64,000 nucleotides of DNA from Bacillota bacterium (GTDB taxonomy: Bacteria > Bacillota > JAAYKD01): positions 1,984,001-2,048,000 of the forward strand of contig OY762825.2 in assembly GCA_963666425.2 (NCBI GenBank), in the 5' to 3' direction. A program made the translations under genes and the position numbers. How positions within the stretch are numbered: position 1 is the first letter of the stretch; each line of letters begins with the position of its first letter. Below the pieces are notes generated by a model. The model was not told the DNA's origin. It saw only the letters and a list, made by a program, of their open reading frames with translations, and ran no database searches. This document shows, piece by piece, positions 31,198 through 40,955 of the stretch.

Positions 31198-32190
31198 ATG
31201 ACTACTTATGTTGAACTACCCGTTGCTGAGATTGAACTTGATAAGAGCAATCCACGTATTGCACTTGGCATATCTCGTTTTGACCCTATTACTAGTGATA
31301 TCATGGCGCTTCTTCTTGGGTCTACTTCTGAATCATGTGTGAGTTTACGGGAATCCGTCCGGGAAAATGGTGGCATTATTCACCCGATTGTAGTAAACAA
31401 ACGGGCCGATGGGACTTATGTAGTAATTGAGGGTAACACTCGTTTGCAGATATACAAGGATTTTATAAAAGCAGGAGAACCAGGTGATTGGACTACCATT
31501 CGTGCCATTGTATATAATTGCTTAGGTGACAATAAAATGCACTCGATTCGGTTGCAAGCTCATTTCATTGGTCCGCGAGAGTGGGACCCGTATTCTAAGG
31601 CAATGTATTTGAACTATCTTGCTAATATTGAGCATATGCCAATGAATACGTTAATTTCTTTTTGCGGTGGTAGCTCTAAGGCCTCAGAAATAAGGAATAT
31701 GATCGCAGCTTATAACGATATGGAAAAGTACTATCGTCCTTTATGCGATGATGATACCCAATTTGATATCCGCAAGTTTCACGGGTTTGTTGAGCTTCAG
31801 AATCGCAATATTATTGATTGCTTAATGATACATGGTTATAATAAGTCTGATTTTTCGCAATGGATGATTGATGATAGGTTTAGTACTTTGCAGGATGTAC
31901 GGCGTCTTCCTGATATTCTAAAAAGCAAGAAATCTTTAGAAACCTTTTTCAAAGAGAACAGCCAAGAAGCCAAAAAGATACTGGCTGTTGAAGAAATCAC
32001 ATCAGATAAACTAAAAGACGTTCCCTATGAATTACTGGCTCAAGAACTTGAGAAGCGAATGATAAAGATTGAATTGCATGAAGTTAACCATCTGCGTGAC
32101 GATTCGGAATATTCGGATAAATTGGACTACTTACAACGCGTGTATGATGAATTAAAGTTTGTACTTGATGAAGTGCATGGAGTGAATTAA
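31198..32190 (+). CDS. ParB/Srx-like N-terminal domain protein (copy 1)
   Basis: LDKSNPRI, LRESVRENGGIIHPIVV, YVVIEGNTRL. Confidence 0.8.
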   Translation: MTTYVELPVAEIELDKSNPRIALGISRFDPITSDIMALLLGSTSESCVSLRESVRENGGIIHPIVVNKRADGTYVVIEGNTRLQIYKDFIKAGEPGDWTTIRAIVYNCLGDNKMHSIRLQAHFIGPREWDPYSKAMYLNYLANIEHMPMNTLISFCGGSSKASEIRNMIAAYNDMEKYYRPLCDDDTQFDIRKFHGFVELQNRNIIDCLMIHGYNKSDFSQWMIDDRFSTLQDVRRLPDILKSKKSLETFFKENSQEAKKILAVEEITSDKLKDVPYELLAQELEKRMIKIELHEVNHLRDDSEYSDKLDYLQRVYDELKFVLDEVHGVN

Positions 32191-32192
32191 TA

Positions 32193-32600
32193 ATGAGTGA
32201 ATCTGCACAGCATCAACAACTTGTACAGCTTATCATTAGCGATGTAATATATACTGTCGGTCAAGATCACAATTGCTTTATATCTTCTGATGCTGTTGAC
32301 GAATTTTCACTTTCTCCTTATACCGAAGAAGGATTTCGACCTGATTTGTTCTATTTATTCAAAGATCATCTCATCATCGGTGAAGCTAAAACAAGTGATG
32401 ATATTGAAAGAATACATAGCAAGCAACAATATGAATCATTTATTCGTAAATGCTCACTTTTTGAAGGTAGTGCTATATTTATCGCTGCAGTACCTTGGAA
32501 GGATCACGCAACAATTCACAATATTCTTCAGAAAATCCGCAAGAAATATCCCGGTAATTACTTAATTAAGATATTGGATGGCATCGGGGGAACGATATGA
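32193..32600 (+). CDS. small protein with PD-(D/E)xK-like nuclease motif
   Basis: RPDLF...IIGEAKT. Confidence 0.6.
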   Translation: MSESAQHQQLVQLIISDVIYTVGQDHNCFISSDAVDEFSLSPYTEEGFRPDLFYLFKDHLIIGEAKTSDDIERIHSKQQYESFIRKCSLFEGSAIFIAAVPWKDHATIHNILQKIRKKYPGNYLIKILDGIGGTI

Positions 32601-34087
32601 AAAAAGTTCATTTGATAAAAGAGCCGAGTCTACTGGCAAAATATGATGCCTTTCCATATCAACGAGAAGCGTTTGAGGCTGTTAAGGACTTAGATTATGC
32701 GGCGATTTTTCATGAACAAGGTTTAGGAAAGACAAAAATCGCGATTGACCTATTGCTCTATTGGTTAGGTAAAACATCCATAGATACTGTACTGGTAGTA
32801 ACAAAAAAGCAACTCGTCCAAAACTGGATCCGAGAGTTCAAGATGCATACATCAATCGTGCCAACAGTATTGAATACAGATAAACAAAGTAATTACTATG
32901 TATTTTCTGGGCCGACAAGAGTTGTTGTTACTAATTTCGAACTGTTGATAGTAGAAAAAGAGCGTTTTAAACTATATTTAAACACGCGCAATGTAGCTAT
33001 CATAATTGATGAATCGGCCAAGTTGAAAAATCCTGATGCTAATTTAACAAAGGCCTATTTTGAATTAGCACCTCAATTTAAAAAAAAAGTAATTATGACC
33101 GGTACTCCCGTTGCTAATCGACCATATGACATTTGGTCGCAGATTTTCTTTCTAGATCAAGGCGCAAGCTTGGGAACGGATTTCAAGGCTTTTAAGCGGC
33201 AAACAGACTTAAATAATAAACTTTCGAATGACGAAGAATTGCAAAAGGGTTTTGAGAATATTGTCTCAAATATACATGATAAAATCAAGAATTTCTCTGT
33301 ACGCGAAATAAAAAGTAGCGGAATCATTGAATTGCCGGACAAAATCTATATTCGAGAAGAAACTGAATTTACTCCGGAGCAGGAAGAGCTATATGATAGA
33401 ATATGTGATGAGCTGAAAATTGAAGTTATAAAAGCAGGGCAGGTAATTGAAGATGACTCCACAGCATTAGTAAAACGGCTTTTGCGTTTAGTTCAAGTAA
33501 CTTCAAACCCATACCTTGTAGATGAGTCATATAAAGGGAAATCGGCAAAGGAAACTGTTTTAGATTCTTTATTACATCACATCGTTGATGCTGGTGAGAA
33601 ATGTATTGTATGGACTAATTTTATCGATAATGTTGAGCAGTTTACAAAGACTTACTCCAAATATGGGAGCGTCAAAATTCACGGCGGCATGAAAATTACT
33701 GATCGAAACCGCTCCGTTGAACGATTTCGGACAGAAGATTATAAGGTGATGTTTGCGACACCTGCATCAGCTAAAGAAGGCTTAACGTTGACAATGGCAA
33801 ATCATGTTATTTTCTATGATCGAGGTTTTAGTTTGGATGACTATCTACAAGCGCAAGATAGGATCCACCGAATATCCCAGAAAAAAACGTGTTATATCCA
33901 TAACATCATAATAAACAGAAGCATTGATGAATGGATTGATGTATTGTTAAAATCTAAGCAAAACGCTGCATCCTTAGCTCAGGGAGACATTTCGTTAAAG
34001 GAATATAGAAAAGTGGCAGATTACAGTTTTGGAGACTTAATCAAAACAATATTATCCACAAATCAGGAGGGCAAAGAATATGAGTAA
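32597..34087 (+). CDS. SNF2-family SF2 helicase/ATPase
   Basis: HEQGLGKT, IIDESA, MTGTP, EGLTLT.A, QAQDRIHRISQ. Confidence 0.9.
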   Translation: MKKVHLIKEPSLLAKYDAFPYQREAFEAVKDLDYAAIFHEQGLGKTKIAIDLLLYWLGKTSIDTVLVVTKKQLVQNWIREFKMHTSIVPTVLNTDKQSNYYVFSGPTRVVVTNFELLIVEKERFKLYLNTRNVAIIIDESAKLKNPDANLTKAYFELAPQFKKKVIMTGTPVANRPYDIWSQIFFLDQGASLGTDFKAFKRQTDLNNKLSNDEELQKGFENIVSNIHDKIKNFSVREIKSSGIIELPDKIYIREETEFTPEQEELYDRICDELKIEVIKAGQVIEDDSTALVKRLLRLVQVTSNPYLVDESYKGKSAKETVLDSLLHHIVDAGEKCIVWTNFIDNVEQFTKTYSKYGSVKIHGGMKITDRNRSVERFRTEDYKVMFATPASAKEGLTLTMANHVIFYDRGFSLDDYLQAQDRIHRISQKKTCYIHNIIINRSIDEWIDVLLKSKQNAASLAQGDISLKEYRKVADYSFGDLIKTILSTNQEGKEYE

Positions 34088-35072
34088 GATTACAATTGGG
34101 AAAACTGAATATGAATTTAAAGAGGAGCTTCTTGATCAGTGTCAACTCCTCTTCTATGAAGAGAATCCCCGTGTCTACTCTATTCTTAGGGCGAATGGTT
34201 CTATTCCAACGCAAAATGGAATAGAAGAACAGTTGACTTCTATGGATCATGTTAAGCAATTGCGTCTATCAATTGAGCAAAACGGAGGTTTGATAGATCC
34301 CTTAATGGTTGTGAAACGTAAAGGGGACTATGTTGTATTGGAAGGTAATAGCCGGCTTGCAGCTTATCGACTACTTGCGGTAAAAGATCCAATCAAATGG
34401 CAAAAAGTGAGAACACATTTACTTCCTGAAGAAATATCTGACAATGATATTTTTACGCTCTTAGGGCAATATCATCTTATCGGACGCAAAGATTGGAGTG
34501 TGTTTGAGCAAGCTGCATACCTATATCGGCAAAAAAAAACCTCACAATTAGAAAATGACATACTCGCGAAAAATGTAGGTTTGACTGAAAGCAAGGTATA
34601 TACATATATCAGCGTGTATACTTTTATGCTTGAGCATGATGATTTGCGACCGGATAGATGGAGCTATTATGAGGAATATTTAAAAAGCAGAGGAATTAGA
34701 AAATATCGTGATACCAATCCTGAAATAGATGAAGTGTTCGTAAAACAAGTAAAAAACAGAAAAATTAAACAAGCCATGGACGTACGTACTGTCCTTGGAG
34801 AAATTGCAAAATCTGGAGATAAAATTGCGAAGAAGATTATGCAGGGCATAATTAATGATGGAACGGACATTTACGATGGTCATGAAAAACTTAAAGTAAC
34901 TGGCAAAACAAGCAATGGTTATCAAAGAATCAAGAGATTCCATGAATTAGTAGCTGATGATGACTTTCAAAAAGTGTTAAAACTTGAGGCTACATCAAAT
35001 GCATCCATTGCTTTTGAACTCAAAAAGATACAAAAAGCTGTTGATAAATTACTAAGGGATATCTCCAAGTAA
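34080..35072 (+). CDS. ParB/Srx-like N-terminal domain protein (copy 2)
   Basis: FYEENPRV, LRLSIEQNGGLIDPLMV, YVVLEGNSRL. Confidence 0.8.
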   Translation: MSKITIGKTEYEFKEELLDQCQLLFYEENPRVYSILRANGSIPTQNGIEEQLTSMDHVKQLRLSIEQNGGLIDPLMVVKRKGDYVVLEGNSRLAAYRLLAVKDPIKWQKVRTHLLPEEISDNDIFTLLGQYHLIGRKDWSVFEQAAYLYRQKKTSQLENDILAKNVGLTESKVYTYISVYTFMLEHDDLRPDRWSYYEEYLKSRGIRKYRDTNPEIDEVFVKQVKNRKIKQAMDVRTVLGEIAKSGDKIAKKIMQGIINDGTDIYDGHEKLKVTGKTSNGYQRIKRFHELVADDDFQKVLKLEATSNASIAFELKKIQKAVDKLLRDISK

Positions 35073-35099
35073 TATTCTTTCGAAAGGGTCTACGACTAT

Positions 35100-37145
35100 A
35101 TGAGTAATATTTTGCTAATTGAACCGAATTATAAGAATAAGTATCCACCACTTGGACTTATGAAGATTTCGTATTTCCATAAACATTTTCTTCATGATTA
35201 TGTTCGCTTTACCAAAGGCGAGCTACCTCCAGCATTAGCAAATACAAAATGGGACCGTGTCTATGTGACTACACTCTTCACATTTGAATGGGCGAATACA
35301 ATTGCGTCAATCGAATACGCAAAGACATTGGTTGATTCTTTAGAGAAAATTACAATAGGTGGTATTGCTGCGACTATGCTACCCGATCAGATATACAAAG
35401 AAACTGGTATTCATCCAGTTTGTGGTTTATTAAATCATCCTGGTAAGTTAGGAATATTAGGCGATGAGTGCATAGACCAAATTGTTCCAGATTATTCAAT
35501 CCTCGATGATGTCGATTATGTATATCCATTTAGTGATGCCTACTTTCTCAGTGCAACCAAAGGGTGCGGTAACAAATGCGGCTTCTGCGCTGTCCAAACT
35601 CTTGAACCCACTTATGTTCCATACATAGATATCAAGGAAAAAATTACAGCTATTGACTGTGAGTTCGGGTCAAAAAGAGATCTCTTATTAATGGACAATA
35701 ATGTGTTACGTTCACCAGACTATGATCAGATCATTGATGATATTATTGTTGCTGGCTTTGGTAAAGGTGCGACTTATGTTAATCCAAGAACAAATAAAAC
35801 CGTTCGCAGATATGTTGATTTTAATCAGGGTTTAGATGCTATGTTCCTTAATGAAACAAAAGCAATGCGTCTTGGAGAAATAGCGCTAAAAACTGCCAGA
35901 GTAGCTTTTGATCATATTGAAGACCAGCAAACATATGAGAACGCACTGTGTTTGTGTGCGAAGTATGGTATTACAGAGTTATCAAATTATGTTTTGTACA
36001 ACAGCGAGAATTTTGGTGGAAAAGGTCACCAATATGCCGCAGATACTCCAGCTAATCTATATGATAGAATGCGTATTACCTTAGATATTAAAGAAGAAAT
36101 TAATAAAAAGCTTCTCGTAAGTGAACGCGTCAGCGCATTTTCTTTCCCGATGAGATACATACCTCTTTCTGCTCATGAACGAGGCTATATTGGCTCTCAA
36201 TGGAACGCCAAATTTTTGCGCGCAGTTCAATGTATGCTTATACCAACTCAGGGTAAGGGAGTCGGTAGTCGGTCTTTCTTCGAAGCGGATTTTGGCAAAG
36301 ACTCTGATGAATTCGTGCGCTTTTTATGTATGCCCGATAAGCTGATTGCTGCACGTGGTAATCTTAGCTCTGGAGGTCGTGGTAGAACAAGTGAAACAGA
36401 AGAAGAATTTAATACTCGTAAAAATGCTTGGGAAAAAAACCAACGGAAAATTGCTGAGTGGAATCGTCTATATGATCAACTCGGGGAAGAGAAAGAAAGC
36501 TTCATCACGTTTATAAGCGATAATGAATTTTTGCCTGAGAAATTTCTTGGCATTTCGTCGATAGCTCAAAAGAAACTATATTTATTCTACTTGACTACCC
36601 CACGTATTTTGTCTTTGTTTGGATTTCTAAGCCCAAACTCACCAACCTCTAGCATCGTTTATGACTATATAACCAATGAATTTCCAGCTATGTATCAAGA
36701 TGTGCTGATATTTGTTTGTGAAAGTGAAACGCAACAACAGTATATTTTTAGAAACTTTCTTTCTTTCTTTGGGAAGGAGGGTGTGTCCAATATCTTGCAT
36801 GTTCTCGCAGAAATCGATTTTTCTGCCGACAAACAATTACGGAAGTGGAATATCTTTTGCAAAAAAAAGGGTATATGGTTTATTGATTTTGAGCTTATCA
36901 GAGTATATAGAAGATACATCGATGTACATGTCTTCAATAAATCAGATCATCAAAGTGCAAAAAATGCGATATTAAGAATGGATATGCCCGAATTAGCTTC
37001 AATACTTGAGAGGAATTTTTTGAGCTTTAAAAATAACATTGCCTCAACTCTCAGCAATGAAAAAGGGCAGAAGATTTTAACAAATGCGACGAAATCGATA
37101 TTTAGTAATATCCAAATAAAGTTGTCGCGTGTTATGGAGGAATAA
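35100..37145 (+). CDS. radical SAM protein with cobalamin-binding-like N-terminal domain and long C-terminal extension
   Basis: YPPLGLMKIS, IGGIAAT, PDYSILD, TKGCGNKCGFC (CxxxCxxC), MDNN, VDFNQGLDA. Confidence 0.88.
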   Translation: MSNILLIEPNYKNKYPPLGLMKISYFHKHFLHDYVRFTKGELPPALANTKWDRVYVTTLFTFEWANTIASIEYAKTLVDSLEKITIGGIAATMLPDQIYKETGIHPVCGLLNHPGKLGILGDECIDQIVPDYSILDDVDYVYPFSDAYFLSATKGCGNKCGFCAVQTLEPTYVPYIDIKEKITAIDCEFGSKRDLLLMDNNVLRSPDYDQIIDDIIVAGFGKGATYVNPRTNKTVRRYVDFNQGLDAMFLNETKAMRLGEIALKTARVAFDHIEDQQTYENALCLCAKYGITELSNYVLYNSENFGGKGHQYAADTPANLYDRMRITLDIKEEINKKLLVSERVSAFSFPMRYIPLSAHERGYIGSQWNAKFLRAVQCMLIPTQGKGVGSRSFFEADFGKDSDEFVRFLCMPDKLIAARGNLSSGGRGRTSETEEEFNTRKNAWEKNQRKIAEWNRLYDQLGEEKESFITFISDNEFLPEKFLGISSIAQKKLYLFYLTTPRILSLFGFLSPNSPTSSIVYDYITNEFPAMYQDVLIFVCESETQQQYIFRNFLSFFGKEGVSNILHVLAEIDFSADKQLRKWNIFCKKKGIWFIDFELIRVYRRYIDVHVFNKSDHQSAKNAILRMDMPELASILERNFLSFKNNIASTLSNEKGQKILTNATKSIFSNIQIKLSRVMEE

Positions 37146-37146
37146 C

Positions 37147-38673
37147 ATGAGCAACATTGTAATCGGGAAACACACGCTAGAATCGCTTACTTCGGGAATG
37201 TATTTAGATCCATATGTTATTTTTCGTGAGTATATTCAAAATGCTGCAGATTCTATTGATGAAGCCATTAAATCTGGTATCCTGAAAAGCGGTGAAGATA
37301 AGGTAGAGATAAACCTTTCTCCTTCTGAGTGTAAGATAGCTATTCGTGATAATGGTGCTGGTATTTCATCACTTATTGCCGAGAAATCATTAATCAGTAT
37401 AGGCAACTCTAAAAAAGTTTCTGGCAGTTCACGAGGGTTTAGGGGGATAGGTAGATTGTCAGCCCTAAGTTATTGCACTAAGCTAACATTCGAAACAAGT
37501 GCTTATGGTGAAAAGAGTGGAACAAGAGTTATTTTCAATGCAAAAAAGCTATCTGAATTGCTTGCTTCAAATGAAAGAGATGATCTTTCGGCGATAGATG
37601 TATTACTCAATATATACAAGATGGAAACATTTGTTGAAAAGGAAAACTCACACTATTTCTGCGTTTGTTTAGAAGGTGTAGACGAGAAATCCAAATTAAA
37701 TGAATATGACGAAGTTATGTCTTATATTTCTCAAAATGTCCCAGTGCCATATGATCCAGATGGTTTCATTTTGGGGAAGGAAATTTACCGCCGACTAAAT
37801 CAGGAAAAACTCGCTATACACCAATATAATGTTTTTGTTACATATGGAAATAAAACAATATCAATATTTAAGCCTTATAAAGATGAATTTCTAGTTGATA
37901 AAGGCAAAAACTTAATTGATAAAATAACCGACATTAACATTATAAAAATCAAACAAGCTGATGGGTCCATTTTTGCCATTGGATGGATTGCGAAAACAAA
38001 CTACCTAGGTAGTATTTATGATAAAACAATCAAGGGAATACGGCTACGCAAGGGGAATATTCTTATCGGAGATAGTCAAACACTCAATGTTATTTTTAAA
38101 GAAGGTCGGTTTAATGGTTGGGCAATTGGCGAAATATTCGCGATTGATTCAAAGTTAATTCCAAATGCGCGGAGAGACAACCTGGAAAAAAATACTGCAT
38201 ATTTCAAGCTATTTGAGCAATTGACGCCGATAGCAAGTAGTATTACAAAGGAAATTAGATATGCATCGTTAAACAGAAGCATAGAATTATCAAATATATT
38301 AAACCAGTCTGAGCAAGTGGCAATGTTGGCAAATGATGCAATTCAGGAAGGTTTTAGCAGTTCTAAAAAAAGTGTGATTAAGCAAAGCATTACTAATATG
38401 CAATCGGTCATAGCCAATTCCAACCTGAATAGTGATACTGATGTTTATTATCAGGAAATTGCTTTTGAAGAACTTGATATGCTTATCGGAAAACTACAGG
38501 GGTTAACATCCTTTAAAGCAATTAATGCTATTAAGGGCTTGACAAAAACAGAAAAGAAAATTCTCGAAAGAGTATTCAATGTTATTCTTTTTATTGATAA
38601 AGATCATTCCGATGTAACAATTGATGCTATACTTGAAAGTTTCTCTACGCGTGATGATTCGTCTTTGGAATAA
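37147..38673 (+). CDS. GHKL ATPase (MORC/MutL/Hsp90-like, HATPase_c_3 type)
   Basis: FREYIQNAADS, IRDNGAG, GFRGIGRLS, IPNARRD; SD GGAGG before ATG 37147. Confidence 0.88.
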   Translation: MSNIVIGKHTLESLTSGMYLDPYVIFREYIQNAADSIDEAIKSGILKSGEDKVEINLSPSECKIAIRDNGAGISSLIAEKSLISIGNSKKVSGSSRGFRGIGRLSALSYCTKLTFETSAYGEKSGTRVIFNAKKLSELLASNERDDLSAIDVLLNIYKMETFVEKENSHYFCVCLEGVDEKSKLNEYDEVMSYISQNVPVPYDPDGFILGKEIYRRLNQEKLAIHQYNVFVTYGNKTISIFKPYKDEFLVDKGKNLIDKITDINIIKIKQADGSIFAIGWIAKTNYLGSIYDKTIKGIRLRKGNILIGDSQTLNVIFKEGRFNGWAIGEIFAIDSKLIPNARRDNLEKNTAYFKLFEQLTPIASSITKEIRYASLNRSIELSNILNQSEQVAMLANDAIQEGFSSSKKSVIKQSITNMQSVIANSNLNSDTDVYYQEIAFEELDMLIGKLQGLTSFKAINAIKGLTKTEKKILERVFNVILFIDKDHSDVTIDAILESFSTRDDSSLE

Positions 38674-38766
38674 GAAGCAGTAATTCTTTGCTCAACGAAT
38701 AAGTTGTCAGAAATAGTATATTTTCGATTGCTTGCCAACTAGAACATCCATTAAGGAGATATTTCA

Positions 38767-40008
38767 GTGGACGACGATAAAAAGAAATATTATGAAAATG
38801 AATATTTCATGCTCAAAGATGCTCATTTTCAAACTTCTCAAAGGATTACCACTTTTTTTCAATATGCATTATTAATATTTTCAGCGCCAATCGCGTTACT
38901 GACGTCGGTTGAAATTGACCAATTGCTTCTTGGAATAGTGTTTGCATTCATAGGAGTTGTAGGTCTATTTGTCATGCTTTATCTTTCTCGACTCAGAGTC
39001 GAATCTTTATTGTACGCAAGAGGCATTAATAGAATTCGTAGTATACTCTACACTTCCGGTCTTCTTGGAAGGGGAATTTATGAGATACATAAAGGTAAAG
39101 TGTTGCTCGCTCAAGATAAAAAGCCAGAATACTCTGATTGGCAACAATTTGGATTTATAGTTACTGTATTAGGTCTCTTTGATTCATTTTATTTCGCATT
39201 TGGCATAAATAAAATCATCTCGTCTCCAGGCATTTATTGTGAATGGATTATAAGGCACTTATTACTTATAACAGTAGTTATTGGTTTTTTTTGGTTATTG
39301 GTACATTTTTTCTTGCATAACTGGTGTAGTGAAGTCAGTGAGTATGGTAGTGATTATTATAAGAGGATAATTGGCGTAGACATTGATGGAGTACTAAACA
39401 AGCACGAAAAACAATTCGTTAAAATATTCAATCAGATTTATAGAAAAAGAAAATCAATTACTGTATCAGATATTACCACTTTGCCTGTTTCAGAATCGGG
39501 TATTGTTAATCGAACGGAAGAACACATGATATTCAACACCCTTGAATATTGGAGCGATATGCCAGTAAATGATCATGTTTTCGAAAATTTAATAGAAGAA
39601 ATTCGAAATAAACGTGGTTATAAGATATATATTTTTACTTGGAGAGATTGGGAGATATGCCGGAATATAAAGGGTGAATCAGTTACTAGTTCCATTAACA
39701 AGCAGACAAGAAAATGGCTTAAAGACAATGAAATATTGTACAATAAGTTACTTTTTGAAAAAGGGAATGTTGATCGTCCAGTTTCGTTATTCAATGTGAA
39801 ATATAAAACGAGATATTACTATTCAAAAAAATATAAAATTAGATATTTTGTTGAAGACACAGCAGAAAATGCGATTAAATTGTCTCATATTTGTGAATAT
39901 GTATTTCTGATTAACCATCAGTATAACGGAAATATTGAATTACCGTACAATGTTGTTCGAGTCGATGGTTGGGATGATATTCTCTACTGGATTAAGAAAT
40001 TTGAGTAA
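38767..40008 (+). CDS. multi-TM protein fused to a HAD-family 5'(3')-nucleotidase-like domain
   Basis: About 4 TM helices, then IIGVDIDGVL (motif I), IFTWR, FVED, YN. Confidence 0.75.
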   Translation: MDDDKKKYYENEYFMLKDAHFQTSQRITTFFQYALLIFSAPIALLTSVEIDQLLLGIVFAFIGVVGLFVMLYLSRLRVESLLYARGINRIRSILYTSGLLGRGIYEIHKGKVLLAQDKKPEYSDWQQFGFIVTVLGLFDSFYFAFGINKIISSPGIYCEWIIRHLLLITVVIGFFWLLVHFFLHNWCSEVSEYGSDYYKRIIGVDIDGVLNKHEKQFVKIFNQIYRKRKSITVSDITTLPVSESGIVNRTEEHMIFNTLEYWSDMPVNDHVFENLIEEIRNKRGYKIYIFTWRDWEICRNIKGESVTSSINKQTRKWLKDNEILYNKLLFEKGNVDRPVSLFNVKYKTRYYYSKKYKIRYFVEDTAENAIKLSHICEYVFLINHQYNGNIELPYNVVRVDGWDDILYWIKKFE

Positions 40009-40120
40009 ATACAATTTGAAACTTAGGTACTCTATTATGTACACCCCGGATAGAGCAAAATAATTGCGTTTTTACCTTTCCGAAATCTTCCGATGATTAC
40101 CGGAGCAGTTTGAGTCCCTT

Positions 40121-40172
40121 TTTGTCAATCGAAAAGTTGACAACTATGTTATTTGAAAAGTAGACCACCTGG
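40121..40172. mobile_element. orphan IS21 terminus related to the 44156-46597 element
   Basis: TTTGTCAATCGAAAAGTTGAC..TTGAAAAGTAGACCACCT matches the reverse complement of 46545-46593. Confidence 0.65.
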
Positions 40173-40324
40173 AGGTGTGGATAAAATCCTGGGTCAGATT
40201 TATTTAGGCGGTATCGCATGTTCTCGTATTAAGATCGAGTCAAAGCCGTCAAGTAATAATTCAATATGATATGAGTTACCCAACCATAATTCGTGAGTTG
40301 GAATATCCTTCAAAACAATCCCTA

Positions 40325-40403
40325 TGCAAGTGGGATGAAACCTTATCCGGGAAATCAATCGATAATTATAAGAGAATATGGCCTCAGTTTTGAATGCGTC
40401 TAG
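40325..40403 (-). pseudogene. IS256-family transposase C-terminal scrap
   Basis: RRIQN*GHILL*LSIDFPDKV; ~55 bp homologous to 60052-60105. Confidence 0.55.
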
Positions 40404-40955
40404 TGTAAATTACGAACCCTAAACATCACGCGCACGGACTAAAAACTCCAGTGAAACAGCATATTAATACCGGGCTCTCGGCGAAGTAATACCAGCCTAA
40501 CGGAAGAGAACTCAATTCTAGATACTTGATAAAAAATAAATCGAGTGGCATCATAATAATGCGTTAACTCATATACAGGATAGGGCAACGCTGAGGTGCG
40601 ACCTGAGTGGTATATGAGGTTTTGCGAGAGAGTGATGCCATGACGGTGTCACTCTTTTCTTTGCGTTTAAACGAGAAAACATCAGTATCACTCTCCTGGT
40701 AAAACCTAAGCGTTAAACCTTAGGGGTTCGGGGGCAACGCCCCCGGTAGTCAACTTTTACGAATCTATATCATCGAAACTTTTTAAGCCATGGCGTTCAT
40801 GCATAGATTTTATCCTGTTAATAATAAGACCAATAGAATGATACTTAAATAAAATGGTGCTCAGGTCCGTGATGGTGGAGCTATTTGACCGTGCACGTGG
40901 AATTCTTAAGGCGTAATCTACAGTAAACAACGGAAATTTGGAAAGGATGAAAACA

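Noticed and set aside
31198-35072. ParABS partition locus
   Set aside because: No ParA ATPase, and the neighbours are nuclease, helicase and radical SAM genes
31198-40008. Assignment to Dpd, Dnd/Ssp, BREX, DISARM or viperin
   Set aside because: Lacks TGT/Que genes, cysteine desulfurase or PAPS reductase, PglZ/PglX and DNA methylase; the radical SAM architecture is unlike viperin
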